A DNA stretch of 64,000 nt from an uncultured Flavobacteriaceae bacterium (GCA_963815305.1 CAWFFW010000002.1:506279-570278); one strand, 5' to 3'. Shown: positions 8,985-19,571, counted from the first letter of the stretch. Program-made: numbers and translations. Notes: generated from the sequence alone by a model not told the origin.

Positions 8985-11474
8985 TTACTTCTTTTTTGAA
9001 GCTGCTTTTTTCTTAGTAACTTTCTTTTTTGGAGCTTTGGCCTCAATAAGTGCTTTTGCCTCATCTAAAGTCATTCCTGAAACATCTACCGTTTTTGGCA
9101 ACTCAACTTTCACCTTACCCTTTATAACATTATGCCTTCCCCAACGTGCCTTTTCAACACGAATACCTTCGTCTTCCCAATTATGAATAACCTTATCTAT
9201 TTCTTTTTGAATTTTTGTTTCAATCAATTCAACAATATCGTCATCTGATAAATCGTCCCAATCGTATTTTTTATTTACGTTGATAAACATATTGTTCCAT
9301 TTTATAAATGGCCCAAAACGCCCTTTACCCTTTTGCACAGGTAATTCATTATACATATATATAGGGGCATCTGCTTTTTGCTTTTCTTTAATTAAAACAA
9401 TAGCATCATCTAATTCAACACTTAACGGATCAGTTCCCTTTGGAAGCGATACAAATGTATCTCCAAATTTTACGTACGGTCCATAACGTCCATTATTTAC
9501 TTCTACATCTTCACTCTCGTAAATTCCTAATTTTTTTGGAAGCTGAAATAAATCCATCGCTTCCTCATAGGTAATGGTGTTTAATTGCTGGTCTGGACTT
9601 AAACTTGCAAACTGAGGTTTTTCTTCATCATCTACAGTTCCTACTTGTACCATAGGACCAAATTTTCCTAAACGCACACTGACTCGTTTTCCTGTTTTTG
9701 GATCTTCACCCAAAATACGTTCACCAGATTCTCTGTCCGCATTTTCTTTGACATCTTCCACTTTAGGGTGAAAATCTTTATAAAACGACTTCATCATTTT
9801 CTTCCAGTCTTCCTTTCCTTCAGCAATATCATCAAAATCAGCTTCTACTTTCGCTGTAAAATTGTAATCTAAAATACCTCCAAAATGATTGACTAAAAAA
9901 TCGGTTACAATCATTCCAATATCTGTTGGCACTAGTTTACCTTTATCTGAACCTACTTTTTCAGTAAGTGTTTTATCTTTTACTTTGCCATCTTCTAAAG
10001 TAAGCTGTGTGTAATCACGCTCTTCACCTTCAACCGTTCCTTTTTCAACATAATTTCTATTTTGAATGGTTGAAATAGTTGGCGCATAAGTTGACGGACG
10101 ACCAATACCCAACTCCTCTAATTTTTTAACCAAAGACGCTTCAGTATATCTTGCTGGCGGACGTGTATAACGCTCGGTAGCTGTAATGTAATTATTAAGA
10201 AGATTTTCATTCGTTTTCATTGCTGGCAACATCCCATCTTGCTCAACATCTTCATCATCAGTGCCTTCTAAATATACTTTTAAAAAGCCATCAAAAGTAA
10301 TAACCTCCCCATTAGCTGTAAACGTTTCCTTATGTGTTGACGCTCCAATTTTTACGTTGGTACGCTCCAATTCTGCTTCACTCATTTGTGATGCAATGGA
10401 ACGTTTCCAAATTAAATCGTATAAACGCGCCTGATCATAATCGATATCCACAGAATGCAACGAAAAATCTGTTGGACGAATAGCCTCATGCGCTTCCTGT
10501 GCGCCTTTTGCTTTTCCTTTATAATTCCGAGGTTTACTATATTTTTTACCGTAAGCATCTTTTATTTCTGCCTCTGCTCCTTTTCTTGCTTCGTCAGATA
10601 AATTCACACTATCTGTCCTCATATAGGTAATTAAACCCGCTTCGTATAAGCGTTGTGCCATTGTCATGGTTTTACTTACCGAAAAATATAATTTACGCGA
10701 TGCCTCTTGTTGTAACGTTGATGTAGTAAACGGTGCTGCTGGGGATTTTTTTGCTGGTTTTCTTTGTAAATCCGAAACTTTAAAAGTTGCCGAAGCATTT
10801 TTTTCTAAGAATTTTTGAGCCGCCGCTTTGGTATCAAAATTTTTCGGCAATTTAGCCTTAAATGTTTGCCCTTCTTCATTTGAAAATTCTGCATCAATTC
10901 TATAGGAAGCCTGTGGACTAAACTTTTGAATATCTCTTTCTTTTTCAACAATTAAACGCACTGAAACGGATTGTACTCTACCTGCTGATAAGCCGCCTTT
11001 TACTTTTCTCCAAAGTACTGGGGAAAGCTCATAACCAACAATTCTATCTAAAACACGGCGTGCTTGTTGTGCATCAACTAAATCATAATCTATACCTCTT
11101 GGGTTTTCAATAGCTTTTTGTATAGCCGTTTTGGTAATTTCATGAAAAACAATACGTTTTGTTTTGGCTTTATCTAATTTTAAAGTCTCGGCTAAATGCC
11201 ACGCAATAGCTTCACCTTCTCTATCTTCATCACTTGCTAACCATACCCACTCTGCTTTTTTAGCTAAATCTTTAAGCTTTTTTACAATTGCTTTTTTATC
11301 TTTTGAAACTTCATATTTTGGATCGAAATTACCTTCAACATCAACACCTAATTCCTTTGAGGGTAAATCAGAAATATGTCCGAAACTAGATTCTACTTTA
11401 AAATCTTTTCCTAAAAATTTTTCAATAGTTTTTGCCTTAGCAGGTGACTCTACAATCACTAAATTCTTCGCCAT
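8985..11474 (-). CDS. topA: DNA topoisomerase I (type IA)
   Basis: 829 aa. Toprim N-terminus MAKNLVIVESPAKAKTIEKFLG, active-site Tyr context GLITYMRTDS, and a Lys-rich tail. Confidence 0.95.
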   Translation of the reverse strand: MAKNLVIVESPAKAKTIEKFLGKDFKVESSFGHISDLPSKELGVDVEGNFDPKYEVSKDKKAIVKKLKDLAKKAEWVWLASDEDREGEAIAWHLAETLKLDKAKTKRIVFHEITKTAIQKAIENPRGIDYDLVDAQQARRVLDRIVGYELSPVLWRKVKGGLSAGRVQSVSVRLIVEKERDIQKFSPQASYRIDAEFSNEEGQTFKAKLPKNFDTKAAAQKFLEKNASATFKVSDLQRKPAKKSPAAPFTTSTLQQEASRKLYFSVSKTMTMAQRLYEAGLITYMRTDSVNLSDEARKGAEAEIKDAYGKKYSKPRNYKGKAKGAQEAHEAIRPTDFSLHSVDIDYDQARLYDLIWKRSIASQMSEAELERTNVKIGASTHKETFTANGEVITFDGFLKVYLEGTDDEDVEQDGMLPAMKTNENLLNNYITATERYTRPPARYTEASLVKKLEELGIGRPSTYAPTISTIQNRNYVEKGTVEGEERDYTQLTLEDGKVKDKTLTEKVGSDKGKLVPTDIGMIVTDFLVNHFGGILDYNFTAKVEADFDDIAEGKEDWKKMMKSFYKDFHPKVEDVKENADRESGERILGEDPKTGKRVSVRLGKFGPMVQVGTVDDEEKPQFASLSPDQQLNTITYEEAMDLFQLPKKLGIYESEDVEVNNGRYGPYVKFGDTFVSLPKGTDPLSVELDDAIVLIKEKQKADAPIYMYNELPVQKGKGRFGPFIKWNNMFINVNKKYDWDDLSDDDIVELIETKIQKEIDKVIHNWEDEGIRVEKARWGRHNVIKGKVKVELPKTVDVSGMTLDEAKALIEAKAPKKKVTKKKAASKKK

Positions 11475-11495
11475 ACTTGATTTTTTTGAGGGTAC

Positions 11496-11503
11496 AAATG
11501 TAT
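11496..11503 (-). promoter_or_regulatory. Bacteroidota-type -7 box (TAnnTTTG) upstream of topA
   Basis: The minus strand reads TACATTTG, 20 nt upstream of the topA ATG. Confidence 0.4.
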
Positions 11504-11613
11504 AGCAAAAAAAGTTTATCTGCCTAATTTTACTGATTATCTGTTAATTATTTAAATAAAAAACACCGAATTTAAAGATAATAAATACGGTGTTTTTATA
11601 TATTTTGAAATTT

Positions 11614-12396
11614 CTATTCTTGAATTGTGCCAATTTCTTCAATGGCACTAGCCTCTTCAAAACCAACCACTTTTTTGTATATTAAATAGGTTGGATGATA
11701 CATAAATGGAGATAAAAATAATGATCCAATACCACAAGTTAAAATAGTAAGCAATACAAGGATTATATATGAAACAATAAAGAGACCAAAAGAAATTAAC
11801 CATTTTTTTGTACCTAGTTTAAAACTAGCTTTGACCACTTCGCCTACACTTAATTCTGCATTAAAAGCAAATATTACTGCGAAAAATGACAATGGGACTA
11901 TGGTATATATTAATGGAATATAACATAACAATGCTGATGGTATTGCTATTAAGATTGTAATCAACATCAATAAAAATGTTTTAGTTAAATATTTACCTTT
12001 TACAAAGTAAAAAAAGTCTGTGGTTACAACCTGCTCATTATAATCTATCTTCTTCATGATTCTATAAAAAGCCGCATTTAAAGCGACTGTAATGGCTCCT
12101 AAAACGAATATTCCAACAATTATGAAAACTATATAAAGTACAGACATACTCGCAAAAAAGTTAGAATACGCTTCGTTATCAGTATATCCATTTTCTTGTT
12201 GAGCTATTATCATACCAATTAGAGGTACATACATAACTATAATTAAAGGTAAAATTACTATTAAAGTAAAGAGCTGTAATAAAAAACCTTGTAACCAAGT
12301 TTTTTTAAATAATTCGATAGATTCGTTAAAAACAGTACCGAAATCAAGTTCTTTAGCGGCTTCTATTTTTTGTATTATACTGTTAATTGTATTCAT
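11614..12396 (-). CDS. Uncharacterised polytopic membrane protein
   Basis: 260-aa ORF with about 6 hydrophobic helices. A hairpin terminator lies downstream at about 11559-11598. Confidence 0.6.
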   Translation of the reverse strand: MNTINSIIQKIEAAKELDFGTVFNESIELFKKTWLQGFLLQLFTLIVILPLIIVMYVPLIGMIIAQQENGYTDNEAYSNFFASMSVLYIVFIIVGIFVLGAITVALNAAFYRIMKKIDYNEQVVTTDFFYFVKGKYLTKTFLLMLITILIAIPSALLCYIPLIYTIVPLSFFAVIFAFNAELSVGEVVKASFKLGTKKWLISFGLFIVSYIILVLLTILTCGIGSLFLSPFMYHPTYLIYKKVVGFEEASAIEEIGTIQE

Positions 12397-12496
12397 GATT
12401 TTTTAGGTTTGGTTATTTGTTAAAGGATAAATATAATCATTTTAGGCAAAAAAAAATCCTGCATTAAACAGGATTTTTTTTTACTAAATAATTTTT

Positions 12497-13738
12497 TTAG
12501 TTTAATGAATAACTACTAATTAGTTTTACATCATTTTGTAAATATTTATATTGATACAACGTATTATTACCAATCATTAATAAAGAATTTTGAAGTGGAA
12601 TAACATCTTTAGATTGAATATTCTTTATCGTTTTTATTTCTTTCACATCTAACGGATTCATTTTATTAAACAGCTTTAAGCCCGCAGTGCCATCACACAC
12701 AAATAACATATGTTCTCTAATTCCTAAGCCGTAAGGATTCTCTAATTCGTGTCGTGCTGCCAGAGTAGGATTATATTTATCACTAATATCAATGATTTCT
12801 AAAACGCTTTCTAACTGTCCGCAATCGTTTCCTCCTCTTAAAGTTAAATACGCATAATTTCCGTCAACCACCACGGGGTCGCAACCTTCCCAATGTGTAA
12901 ATTCTGAAATATACTCTGGAGAAGATGGGTTGCTTAAGCTATAAATATACATGCCGTTAGTACTTCCTAAATACAAATAATCATTAGCTTCAAACATCGT
13001 TTCAATATTCCAACCTGCGTATTGTGTGTTTGCTAAAGTTGGTTCTGCTAAATTTTGAATATTAAAAATAGCCATTTTGTAATTCCCTACTGTGTACAAA
13101 TAATTATCAACTATTTGAAAACGCGCTAACGAACCTCCGGCACCAACATTAGATTCTCCTCTGGTTCCGCTATTTAGCGCTACACCATCAAAAAGCACAT
13201 CAATAAACCTATCATCCACTTTTTTACGTCGTTCTTGCTTTACCGTCCATCCTACAATAATATCTTCTTCATAATTATATTTTCCATAATCAAAAGCCTC
13301 AGCTTCAATAGGAACTTGAAAATCGTAAACATTAAAAACATCTTCTAAACGTTCAACCTCTTTAATCATATTCATGTCAGAAATATCAAAAACGACTAAA
13401 TCTGTAGCGCTATCAGCAAATAAATAATTGTCTTTTACCGAAATATCTTCATTTCCAGGAATAGTTATAAATTTAATTTTCTTCGGTATTCTTGGATTCG
13501 TGTTATCTATAATATGAATCCCTGTAACATCATTAACAAAAATATAATTATTATAAACATAAATTTTACCAGCTTCTTGAATAGCTTTTGCAGAAGAAAC
13601 ATCAACTGATTTCCTGAATTCAAATTTACTCATTAATTCGGGCGTAGCTACCATAACCAATTCATAATCTGAGTCATCAGTATCACAAGCACTACATAGT
13701 ATTAATAAAAATATAAATAATGGATATTTTGTTTTCAT
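12497..13738 (-). CDS. LVIVD-repeat beta-propeller lipoprotein
   Basis: Signal LILCSACD. Reiterated LxIxD/N-type repeats: IHIIDNTNP, LVVFDISDM, MAIFNIQNL, MYIYSLSNP, LEIIDISDK, LKLFNKMNP. Confidence 0.65.
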   Translation of the reverse strand: MKTKYPLFIFLLILCSACDTDDSDYELVMVATPELMSKFEFRKSVDVSSAKAIQEAGKIYVYNNYIFVNDVTGIHIIDNTNPRIPKKIKFITIPGNEDISVKDNYLFADSATDLVVFDISDMNMIKEVERLEDVFNVYDFQVPIEAEAFDYGKYNYEEDIIVGWTVKQERRKKVDDRFIDVLFDGVALNSGTRGESNVGAGGSLARFQIVDNYLYTVGNYKMAIFNIQNLAEPTLANTQYAGWNIETMFEANDYLYLGSTNGMYIYSLSNPSSPEYISEFTHWEGCDPVVVDGNYAYLTLRGGNDCGQLESVLEIIDISDKYNPTLAARHELENPYGLGIREHMLFVCDGTAGLKLFNKMNPLDVKEIKTIKNIQSKDVIPLQNSLLMIGNNTLYQYKYLQNDVKLISSYSLN

Positions 13739-13774
13739 AGCTTGGTTGATTTAATTTTTTTATTCTTAAAATGA

Positions 13775-14464
13775 TTAATATTTCAATATGGGATATCCAT
13801 TTTGACAATCGACACTTATGGGTTGATTAGGAAGGTCGCACGTTGACGTAATACTCCATTTTATATTGAATTCTTTTTCTAAAGCAGTGTATGCGTTAAC
13901 CTTTTCCAGAAATACTACTTCAATTTCTTTTGGATAAGCAATATAACCCTGAGAACCTCCACACGCTTTAGCGCCATAAGCAGTAAAGTTCCAATCTTTA
14001 GCGTTCTCACATAAAAAATCATACTTTAATTCATAAAGCTCATCAAACAAACTTATCAAAACTTGATGATCTAACTCTTGTTCGGTATATTCTCTCTCAA
14101 TCACCAATTCATTTTCAGTAAGTGATACTATAAGCCATGAAGCACTAGCAGGATAAAAATCGTTGTAAGATATTGAAACAACATTGCTTTCCTGTTGCCA
14201 ATTACCTTCATAATTATAATATAATAACGGAGGAGTTCCACACCAACCCGATGATCTAAGAATGACTTTTCCTCCTACTTTAAACGTAAGACTATTATCT
14301 TCATCAGGCACACTTTCTACCTTTTTATAAGTTAGCTTACCATCATCATAAGTAGGCTCAATCCATGTCCCAATTAACAAATTATTGGACTCTTTAATTT
14401 CATTATTCATTTCGTCACAAGAGAATACACAAATAAAAACTAAAAAGAGAAATTTTATTTTCAT
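13775..14464 (-). CDS. Hypothetical lipoprotein
   Basis: 229-aa ORF with signal FICVFSCDE. It is co-directional with the LVIVD gene at a 36-bp spacing. Confidence 0.6.
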   Translation of the reverse strand: MKIKFLFLVFICVFSCDEMNNEIKESNNLLIGTWIEPTYDDGKLTYKKVESVPDEDNSLTFKVGGKVILRSSGWCGTPPLLYYNYEGNWQQESNVVSISYNDFYPASASWLIVSLTENELVIEREYTEQELDHQVLISLFDELYELKYDFLCENAKDWNFTAYGAKACGGSQGYIAYPKEIEVVFLEKVNAYTALEKEFNIKWSITSTCDLPNQPISVDCQNGYPILKY

Positions 14465-14564
14465 AACTAAACTGGTTTTATGTTTAGATGCTGTTACCGC
14501 ATAATGGTTGCGTTAAATAAACAAAATTTTAACTGCCACTTTGTCATAAAATACAAATTAGTTG

Positions 14565-14572
14565 TATCTTTG
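14565..14572 (+). promoter_or_regulatory. Bacteroidota-type -7 box upstream of miaB
   Basis: TATCTTTG lies 34 nt before the miaB ATG. A TTG at 14541-14543 is a possible -33 element. Confidence 0.4.
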
Positions 14573-14606
14573 CGTAATTATTAACCGCTAGTGGTTTTAA
14601 TGATTT

Positions 14607-16088
14607 ATGGAAAAAATTATAGACGAAAATAAACAGGGAGACTCTCTAGTTCTTAATCAAAAAATAGGTAACAAACGAAAACTTTTTATTGAAAGTTATG
14701 GGTGCGCTATGAATTTTAGCGATAGCGAGATTGTAGCTTCCATACTGGCTGAACAGGGCTATAATACCACCAAAAATTTAGAAGATGCCGATTTGGTTTT
14801 GGTAAACACCTGTTCTATTCGAGATAAAGCAGAACAAACCGTTCGTAAACGTTTAGAAAAATATAATGCTGTAAAGCGTGACCTGAACCCTAAAATGAAA
14901 GTTGGTGTTTTAGGCTGTATGGCTGAACGCCTTAAAACTAAATTTCTTGAAGAAGAAAAAATAGTCGATTTGGTTGTAGGACCAGATGCTTATAAAGATT
15001 TACCAAACCTTTTAGCCGAGGTTGATGACGGTAGAGATGCTATAAATGTTATCCTATCAAAAGAAGAAACATACGGTGATATTTCACCAGTGCGATTAAA
15101 TACAAATGGTGTTACAGCTTTGGTATCTATAACACGTGGATGCGATAATATGTGTACCTTTTGTGTTGTTCCATTTACGCGAGGACGAGAACGTAGCAGA
15201 GACCCACAAAGTATTATTGAAGAGGTTAACGATTTATGGAACCGAGGTTATAAAGAAATAACCCTACTTGGGCAAAATGTTGACAGTTATTTATGGTACG
15301 GCGGTGGATTGAAAAAAGATTTTGCTAAAGCCAGTGAGATTCAAAAAGCGACCTCTTTAAATTTCTCTAACCTTTTGGAACTTTGCGCCAAAACACAACC
15401 CAAAATGCGGATTCGTTTTTCAACCTCAAACCCACAGGATTTAACATTGGATGTGATTGAAACTATGGCAAAACACCAAAATATTTGTAATCATATTCAT
15501 TTACCAGTACAAAGTGGAAGCAACCGTATATTAAAGGAAATGAATCGTTTACATACGCGTGAAGAGTATATGGAATTGATTGATAGTATTCGTGAAATCA
15601 TTCCTAATTGTGCTATAAGTCAAGATATGATTGTTGGTTTTCCAACGGAAACCGAAGACGATTTTCAAGATACAGTTGCCTTAATGAATTATGTAAAATA
15701 CAATTTTGGCTATATGTATAAATATTCTGAACGCCCAGGAACTATGGCAGGACGAAATATGGAAGATGATGTTCCTGAAGCAACAAAAAAACGGAGATTA
15801 CAAGACATTGTTGATTTACAACGTATACATAGTGAAATTAGAACCAACGAATGGTTAAATACCACTGTTAAAGTATTAATTGAAAAGGAATCGAAAAAAT
15901 CAGATAAACAATGGTCTGGTAGAACACCACAAAATATTGTTGCTGTTTTTCCTAAAGAAAACTTCAAAATCGGTGATTTTGTAAATGTAAAAATCACTAA
16001 TTGTACGAGTGCAACACTTATTGGAGAAGCTATCCACGAAACCCCCAGAGGGAGAAATGTTTACGAAACTGAAACTCCCGTAAATTAA
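14607..16088 (+). CDS. miaB: tRNA (N6-isopentenyl-A37) methylthiotransferase MiaB
   Basis: UPF0004 N-domain (SYGCAMNFSDSE), radical-SAM CxxxCxxC (GCDNMCTFC) and a TRAM C-terminus. Confidence 0.9.
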   Translation: MEKIIDENKQGDSLVLNQKIGNKRKLFIESYGCAMNFSDSEIVASILAEQGYNTTKNLEDADLVLVNTCSIRDKAEQTVRKRLEKYNAVKRDLNPKMKVGVLGCMAERLKTKFLEEEKIVDLVVGPDAYKDLPNLLAEVDDGRDAINVILSKEETYGDISPVRLNTNGVTALVSITRGCDNMCTFCVVPFTRGRERSRDPQSIIEEVNDLWNRGYKEITLLGQNVDSYLWYGGGLKKDFAKASEIQKATSLNFSNLLELCAKTQPKMRIRFSTSNPQDLTLDVIETMAKHQNICNHIHLPVQSGSNRILKEMNRLHTREEYMELIDSIREIIPNCAISQDMIVGFPTETEDDFQDTVALMNYVKYNFGYMYKYSERPGTMAGRNMEDDVPEATKKRRLQDIVDLQRIHSEIRTNEWLNTTVKVLIEKESKKSDKQWSGRTPQNIVAVFPKENFKIGDFVNVKITNCTSATLIGEAIHETPRGRNVYETETPVN

Positions 16089-16167
16089 TTTTAAAAAAAC
16101 ACACCCTTTATTATGAAACAACATATAATGTTTAACATTTTAAATTCTCCCTTAAGGAGCTAGGGCT

Positions 16168-17436
16168 ATGGAATCAGTACAAGCTACGAAACAACGTTTT
16201 GGTATTATTGGCAACACACCATCCCTAAACCGCGCTATTGAAAAAGCTATTCAAGTATCCCCGACTGACATTTCAGTCTTGGTTACTGGAGAAAGCGGTG
16301 TAGGTAAAGAAAGTATTCCTAAAATAATACACCAATTATCTCATAGAAAACATAATAAATATATTGCTGTAAACTGCGGTGCCATACCCGAAGGCACGAT
16401 TGATAGTGAGCTTTTCGGACATGAAAAGGGGTCTTTCACAGGAGCTACTCAAACTCGTGAGGGTTATTTTGAAGTGGCTGATAGTGGCACTATTTTTCTT
16501 GACGAAGTTGGTGAATTACCTTTAACAACCCAAGTACGTTTATTACGTGTTTTAGAAAATGGTGAATTTTTAAAAGTTGGCTCTAGTAAAGTACAAAAAA
16601 CCAATGTTCGTATTGTCGCTGCTACCAATATGAATATGTTTGAAGCTATTGAGAAAGGGAAATTTCGTGAGGATTTGTACTATAGATTGAGTACGGTAGA
16701 TATCCATTTACCGCCGCTAAGAGAGCGTAAAGATGATATCCATTTATTATTCAGAAAATTTGCTAGCGACTTTGCCTTAAAATATAAAATGCCAACGGTT
16801 AAACTTACCGATGAAGCTATAGAAACACTATTAAAACACCGTTGGAGTGGCAACATCAGACAATTACGGAATATAGCAGAACAAGTATCGGTTTTAGAGC
16901 AAAACAGAACCATTTCAGCAGATACCCTGCGAGGTTACCTTCCTACTTCTGGCGCTAATTTACCAGCGGTGATTAAAACATCTAAGTCTGATGGTGATTT
17001 TAGTAGCGAGCGGGAAATTTTATATAAAGTGCTGTTTGATATGAAAAGTGACCTGAATGATTTAAAAAAACTCACTATGGAATTAATGAAATCGGGAAAT
17101 ATCAAAGATGTTGAAAAAGATCATGAAAGTCTTATTCAAAAAATTTATGGTGATAATGAAGATGATGATACCGCTTTTGAAGATGCTAATAACGATACCG
17201 AAGTTTTATCTATTTCAGAACATTCAACAAATCAAGAAGGAAAAACGAATACTCAAGATAAATATTATTTTGCAGAAGAAATTGAGGAAGAAGAAACGTT
17301 ATCACTTCATGACAAAGAATTGGAATTGATAAAAAAATCGCTTGAACGTCACCACGGAAAGCGTAAATTAGCCGCTGCAGAACTTGGAATAAGCGAACGC
17401 ACGCTGTACCGAAAGATTAAACAATATGACCTTTAA
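16168..17436 (+). CDS. Sigma-54-dependent transcriptional activator lacking an N-terminal sensor domain
   Basis: The AAA+ domain begins about 10 residues from the N-terminus. Motifs: Walker A GESGVGKE, GAFTGA-type loop GSFTGA, Walker B FLDEVGEL. The C-terminal Fis-type HTH is AAELGISERTLYRKIKQY. Confidence 0.85.
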   Translation: MESVQATKQRFGIIGNTPSLNRAIEKAIQVSPTDISVLVTGESGVGKESIPKIIHQLSHRKHNKYIAVNCGAIPEGTIDSELFGHEKGSFTGATQTREGYFEVADSGTIFLDEVGELPLTTQVRLLRVLENGEFLKVGSSKVQKTNVRIVAATNMNMFEAIEKGKFREDLYYRLSTVDIHLPPLRERKDDIHLLFRKFASDFALKYKMPTVKLTDEAIETLLKHRWSGNIRQLRNIAEQVSVLEQNRTISADTLRGYLPTSGANLPAVIKTSKSDGDFSSEREILYKVLFDMKSDLNDLKKLTMELMKSGNIKDVEKDHESLIQKIYGDNEDDDTAFEDANNDTEVLSISEHSTNQEGKTNTQDKYYFAEEIEEEETLSLHDKELELIKKSLERHHGKRKLAAAELGISERTLYRKIKQYDL

Positions 17437-17520
17437 AAAAGCAACAAAGCTTATAACTGCTCGTTATAAAATTATTAACTAAATGTCACACTGAGTGAAG
17501 TCTAAGTGTTTTACTATCAA

Positions 17521-18030
17521 ATGAAAAAATATACCATCTCCTTTTTACTTTTAGCTTTTAGTTTTTTACTTTCGAACTGTGGTATTTATTCGTTTACAGG
17601 AGCTTCCATTCCTTCTGATGTTAAAACGTACCAAGTAAATCGTTTTGAAAACACATCACTTTTATTTGAACCAGGCTTGGATCTTCTTTTTAAGAATACA
17701 CTTCAAGATTTAATTCTCAATCAAACCAATTTAAGCTTGGTAACATCAAACGGAGATTTAGTTTACGAAGGCGAAATTACAGATTATAGAATTTCACCAA
17801 CAACATCTACTTCACAAAATACTGCTGCACAAAACCGATTAACAATAAGTGTGAAACTTCGGTTTTACAATAAAAAGAAAGAAGAAGATGATTTAGAACA
17901 AACCTTTTCTTTTTTTTATGATTACCCAGGAAATGCTCAGCTTATCGGCTCACAAAAAACCGCTGCGCATGAAGAAGTTTTTGAACGTATAACACAAGAT
18001 ATTTTTAATGCAACGCTTGCTAAATGGTAA
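17521..18030 (+). CDS. lptE: LptE-like LPS-assembly lipoprotein
   Basis: Lipoprotein signal FLLSNCG. Size and position after the sigma-54 activator are typical. The track ORF starts at GTG 17506 and the ATG at 17521 is preferred. Confidence 0.6.
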   Translation: MKKYTISFLLLAFSFLLSNCGIYSFTGASIPSDVKTYQVNRFENTSLLFEPGLDLLFKNTLQDLILNQTNLSLVTSNGDLVYEGEITDYRISPTTSTSQNTAAQNRLTISVKLRFYNKKKEEDDLEQTFSFFYDYPGNAQLIGSQKTAAHEEVFERITQDIFNATLAKW

Positions 18031-18187
18031 TTACGCTCTGTCTTTTACGCATCTTTACCCAAGAGACATAAAAAACACGTTTTTTAAATCAAAGTTGATA
18101 TTTTAATATTTAAATTTATAATCTCAAATAATATTTAGTGACTAATAATTTTTTTCTGAAGAAATGTCCGAAGGATAAAAGAGAACC

Positions 18188-19135
18188 ATGAATCAAACAG
18201 ATTTTACTTATATACTTCAGCATCCGCAAGCTATCACGCATCAACAAACTGATTTGCTAAAATCTATTATGGATGAATTTCCATATTTTCAACCTGCTCG
18301 TGCTATTCATTTAAAAGGCTTAAAAGATCAAAGTAGTTTTAAATATAACCAAGAGCTTAAAACAACCGCGGCATATACTACAGACCGAAGTATTTTATTT
18401 GATTTTATTACTTCTGAAGATTTTATTCAAAATGAAATTTCACAATTTATAAAACAAAATATAGCATATTTAAACGATATTGATGTTGACATTGAAGATA
18501 TCTCGGTAAATAAGAGTGTGACTATTGATGATGCTTTAAAGCAACACATAAAAGATACTTCTGGAGTTTTAGATCCTACCTTATTTGAGCCTAAAGAAGA
18601 GCGCCCTAAAAAGGCTTTCGTTTTAGATGAATCCGAATCTATTAAACCTGTTACTAAAGACACAAAAACTCAAGAAGCCTCAATTGCCAACATTTTAAAT
18701 TTAGGAACACCGCTTCAATTTGATAGAAAAGAAAAGCACTCATTTAATGAATGGTTAAAACTAACACGCTTTACTCCTATTGTTCGAAATGAAAATAAAA
18801 ATAAAAAAACCGTTAAAGAAGAAGAAGAAAAAGAAGTTAGTACTTCAGATATTGCAAAAAAATTCAAATTAATAGATAAATTTATCACCCAAAAGCCAAA
18901 AATTAATCCGTTAAAATCTTCAACGTCTAAAGGCAACCTTGCTGAAGCTCAAATGATACAAACCGAAGCTTTAATGACCGAGACTTTGGCTCGTATTTAT
19001 GTAGAGCAAAAAAACTACAAAAAAGCGATTCAATCTTATAAGATTTTAAGTTTGAAATATCCAGAAAAAAGTAGTTTCTTTGCAAACCAAATTCAAGCAG
19101 TAAAACAATTACAAGAACAAAATAATATAGAATAA
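18188..19135 (+). CDS. Hypothetical protein with a C-terminal TPR-like helix pair
   Basis: 315-aa ORF. The C-terminus LARIYVEQKNYKKAIQSYKILSLKYPEKS is TPR-like. Its stop overlaps the secG start (TAATG). Confidence 0.6.
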   Translation: MNQTDFTYILQHPQAITHQQTDLLKSIMDEFPYFQPARAIHLKGLKDQSSFKYNQELKTTAAYTTDRSILFDFITSEDFIQNEISQFIKQNIAYLNDIDVDIEDISVNKSVTIDDALKQHIKDTSGVLDPTLFEPKEERPKKAFVLDESESIKPVTKDTKTQEASIANILNLGTPLQFDRKEKHSFNEWLKLTRFTPIVRNENKNKKTVKEEEEKEVSTSDIAKKFKLIDKFITQKPKINPLKSSTSKGNLAEAQMIQTEALMTETLARIYVEQKNYKKAIQSYKILSLKYPEKSSFFANQIQAVKQLQEQNNIE

Positions 19136-19494
19136 TGAGTACGTTTACAATATTTTTAGCTTTAATCGTCGTTGTAGCATTTTTACTAATTGTTGTAATT
19201 ATGGTACAAAACCCTAAAGGTGGTGGACTATCATCTTCTTTTGGTGGCGGTGGCACGCAGCAATTAGGTGGTGTAAAAAAAACCACTGACTTTTTAGACA
19301 AAAGCACTTGGACTTTAGCTACATTGCTATTAGTATTAATATTACTATCTAACGTTGCTATTAATAGAGGTGGAGAAAGTATAGATTCTAAAGTTCTGGA
19401 TCCAGATGCAACAACAACGCAACCTTTACCATCTGTTCCTACAGATACATCAAATGATACGGCTAAACCAGTTGAAAACTCAACTGAAGAGTAA
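19135..19494 (+). CDS. secG: Preprotein translocase subunit SecG
   Basis: Two TM helices flank the Gly-rich loop QNPKGGGLSSSFGGGG. Confidence 0.85.
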   Translation: MSTFTIFLALIVVVAFLLIVVIMVQNPKGGGLSSSFGGGGTQQLGGVKKTTDFLDKSTWTLATLLLVLILLSNVAINRGGESIDSKVLDPDATTTQPLPSVPTDTSNDTAKPVENSTEE

Positions 19495-19510
19495 AGTTTT
19501 TTAACTAACA

Positions 19511-19541
19511 AAAAATGCCAACTTATAAGTTGGCATTTTTT
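19511..19541 (+). terminator. Rho-independent terminator after secG
   Basis: Stem ATGCCAACTT / AAGTTGGCAT followed by a T6 run. Confidence 0.75.
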
Positions 19542-19571
19542 GTTTCTGCAAGTTTGTCAGTAATACTACAT

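Noticed and set aside
11506-11540. Partial similarity of the topA upstream region (AAAAAAGTTTATCTGCCTAATT) to the duplicated 47-bp leader (AAAAAAGTTTATTTGTTAATTGG).
   Set aside because: Only about 19 of 22 positions match in low-complexity AT-rich sequence, and the position relative to the start codon differs. It is likely chance.
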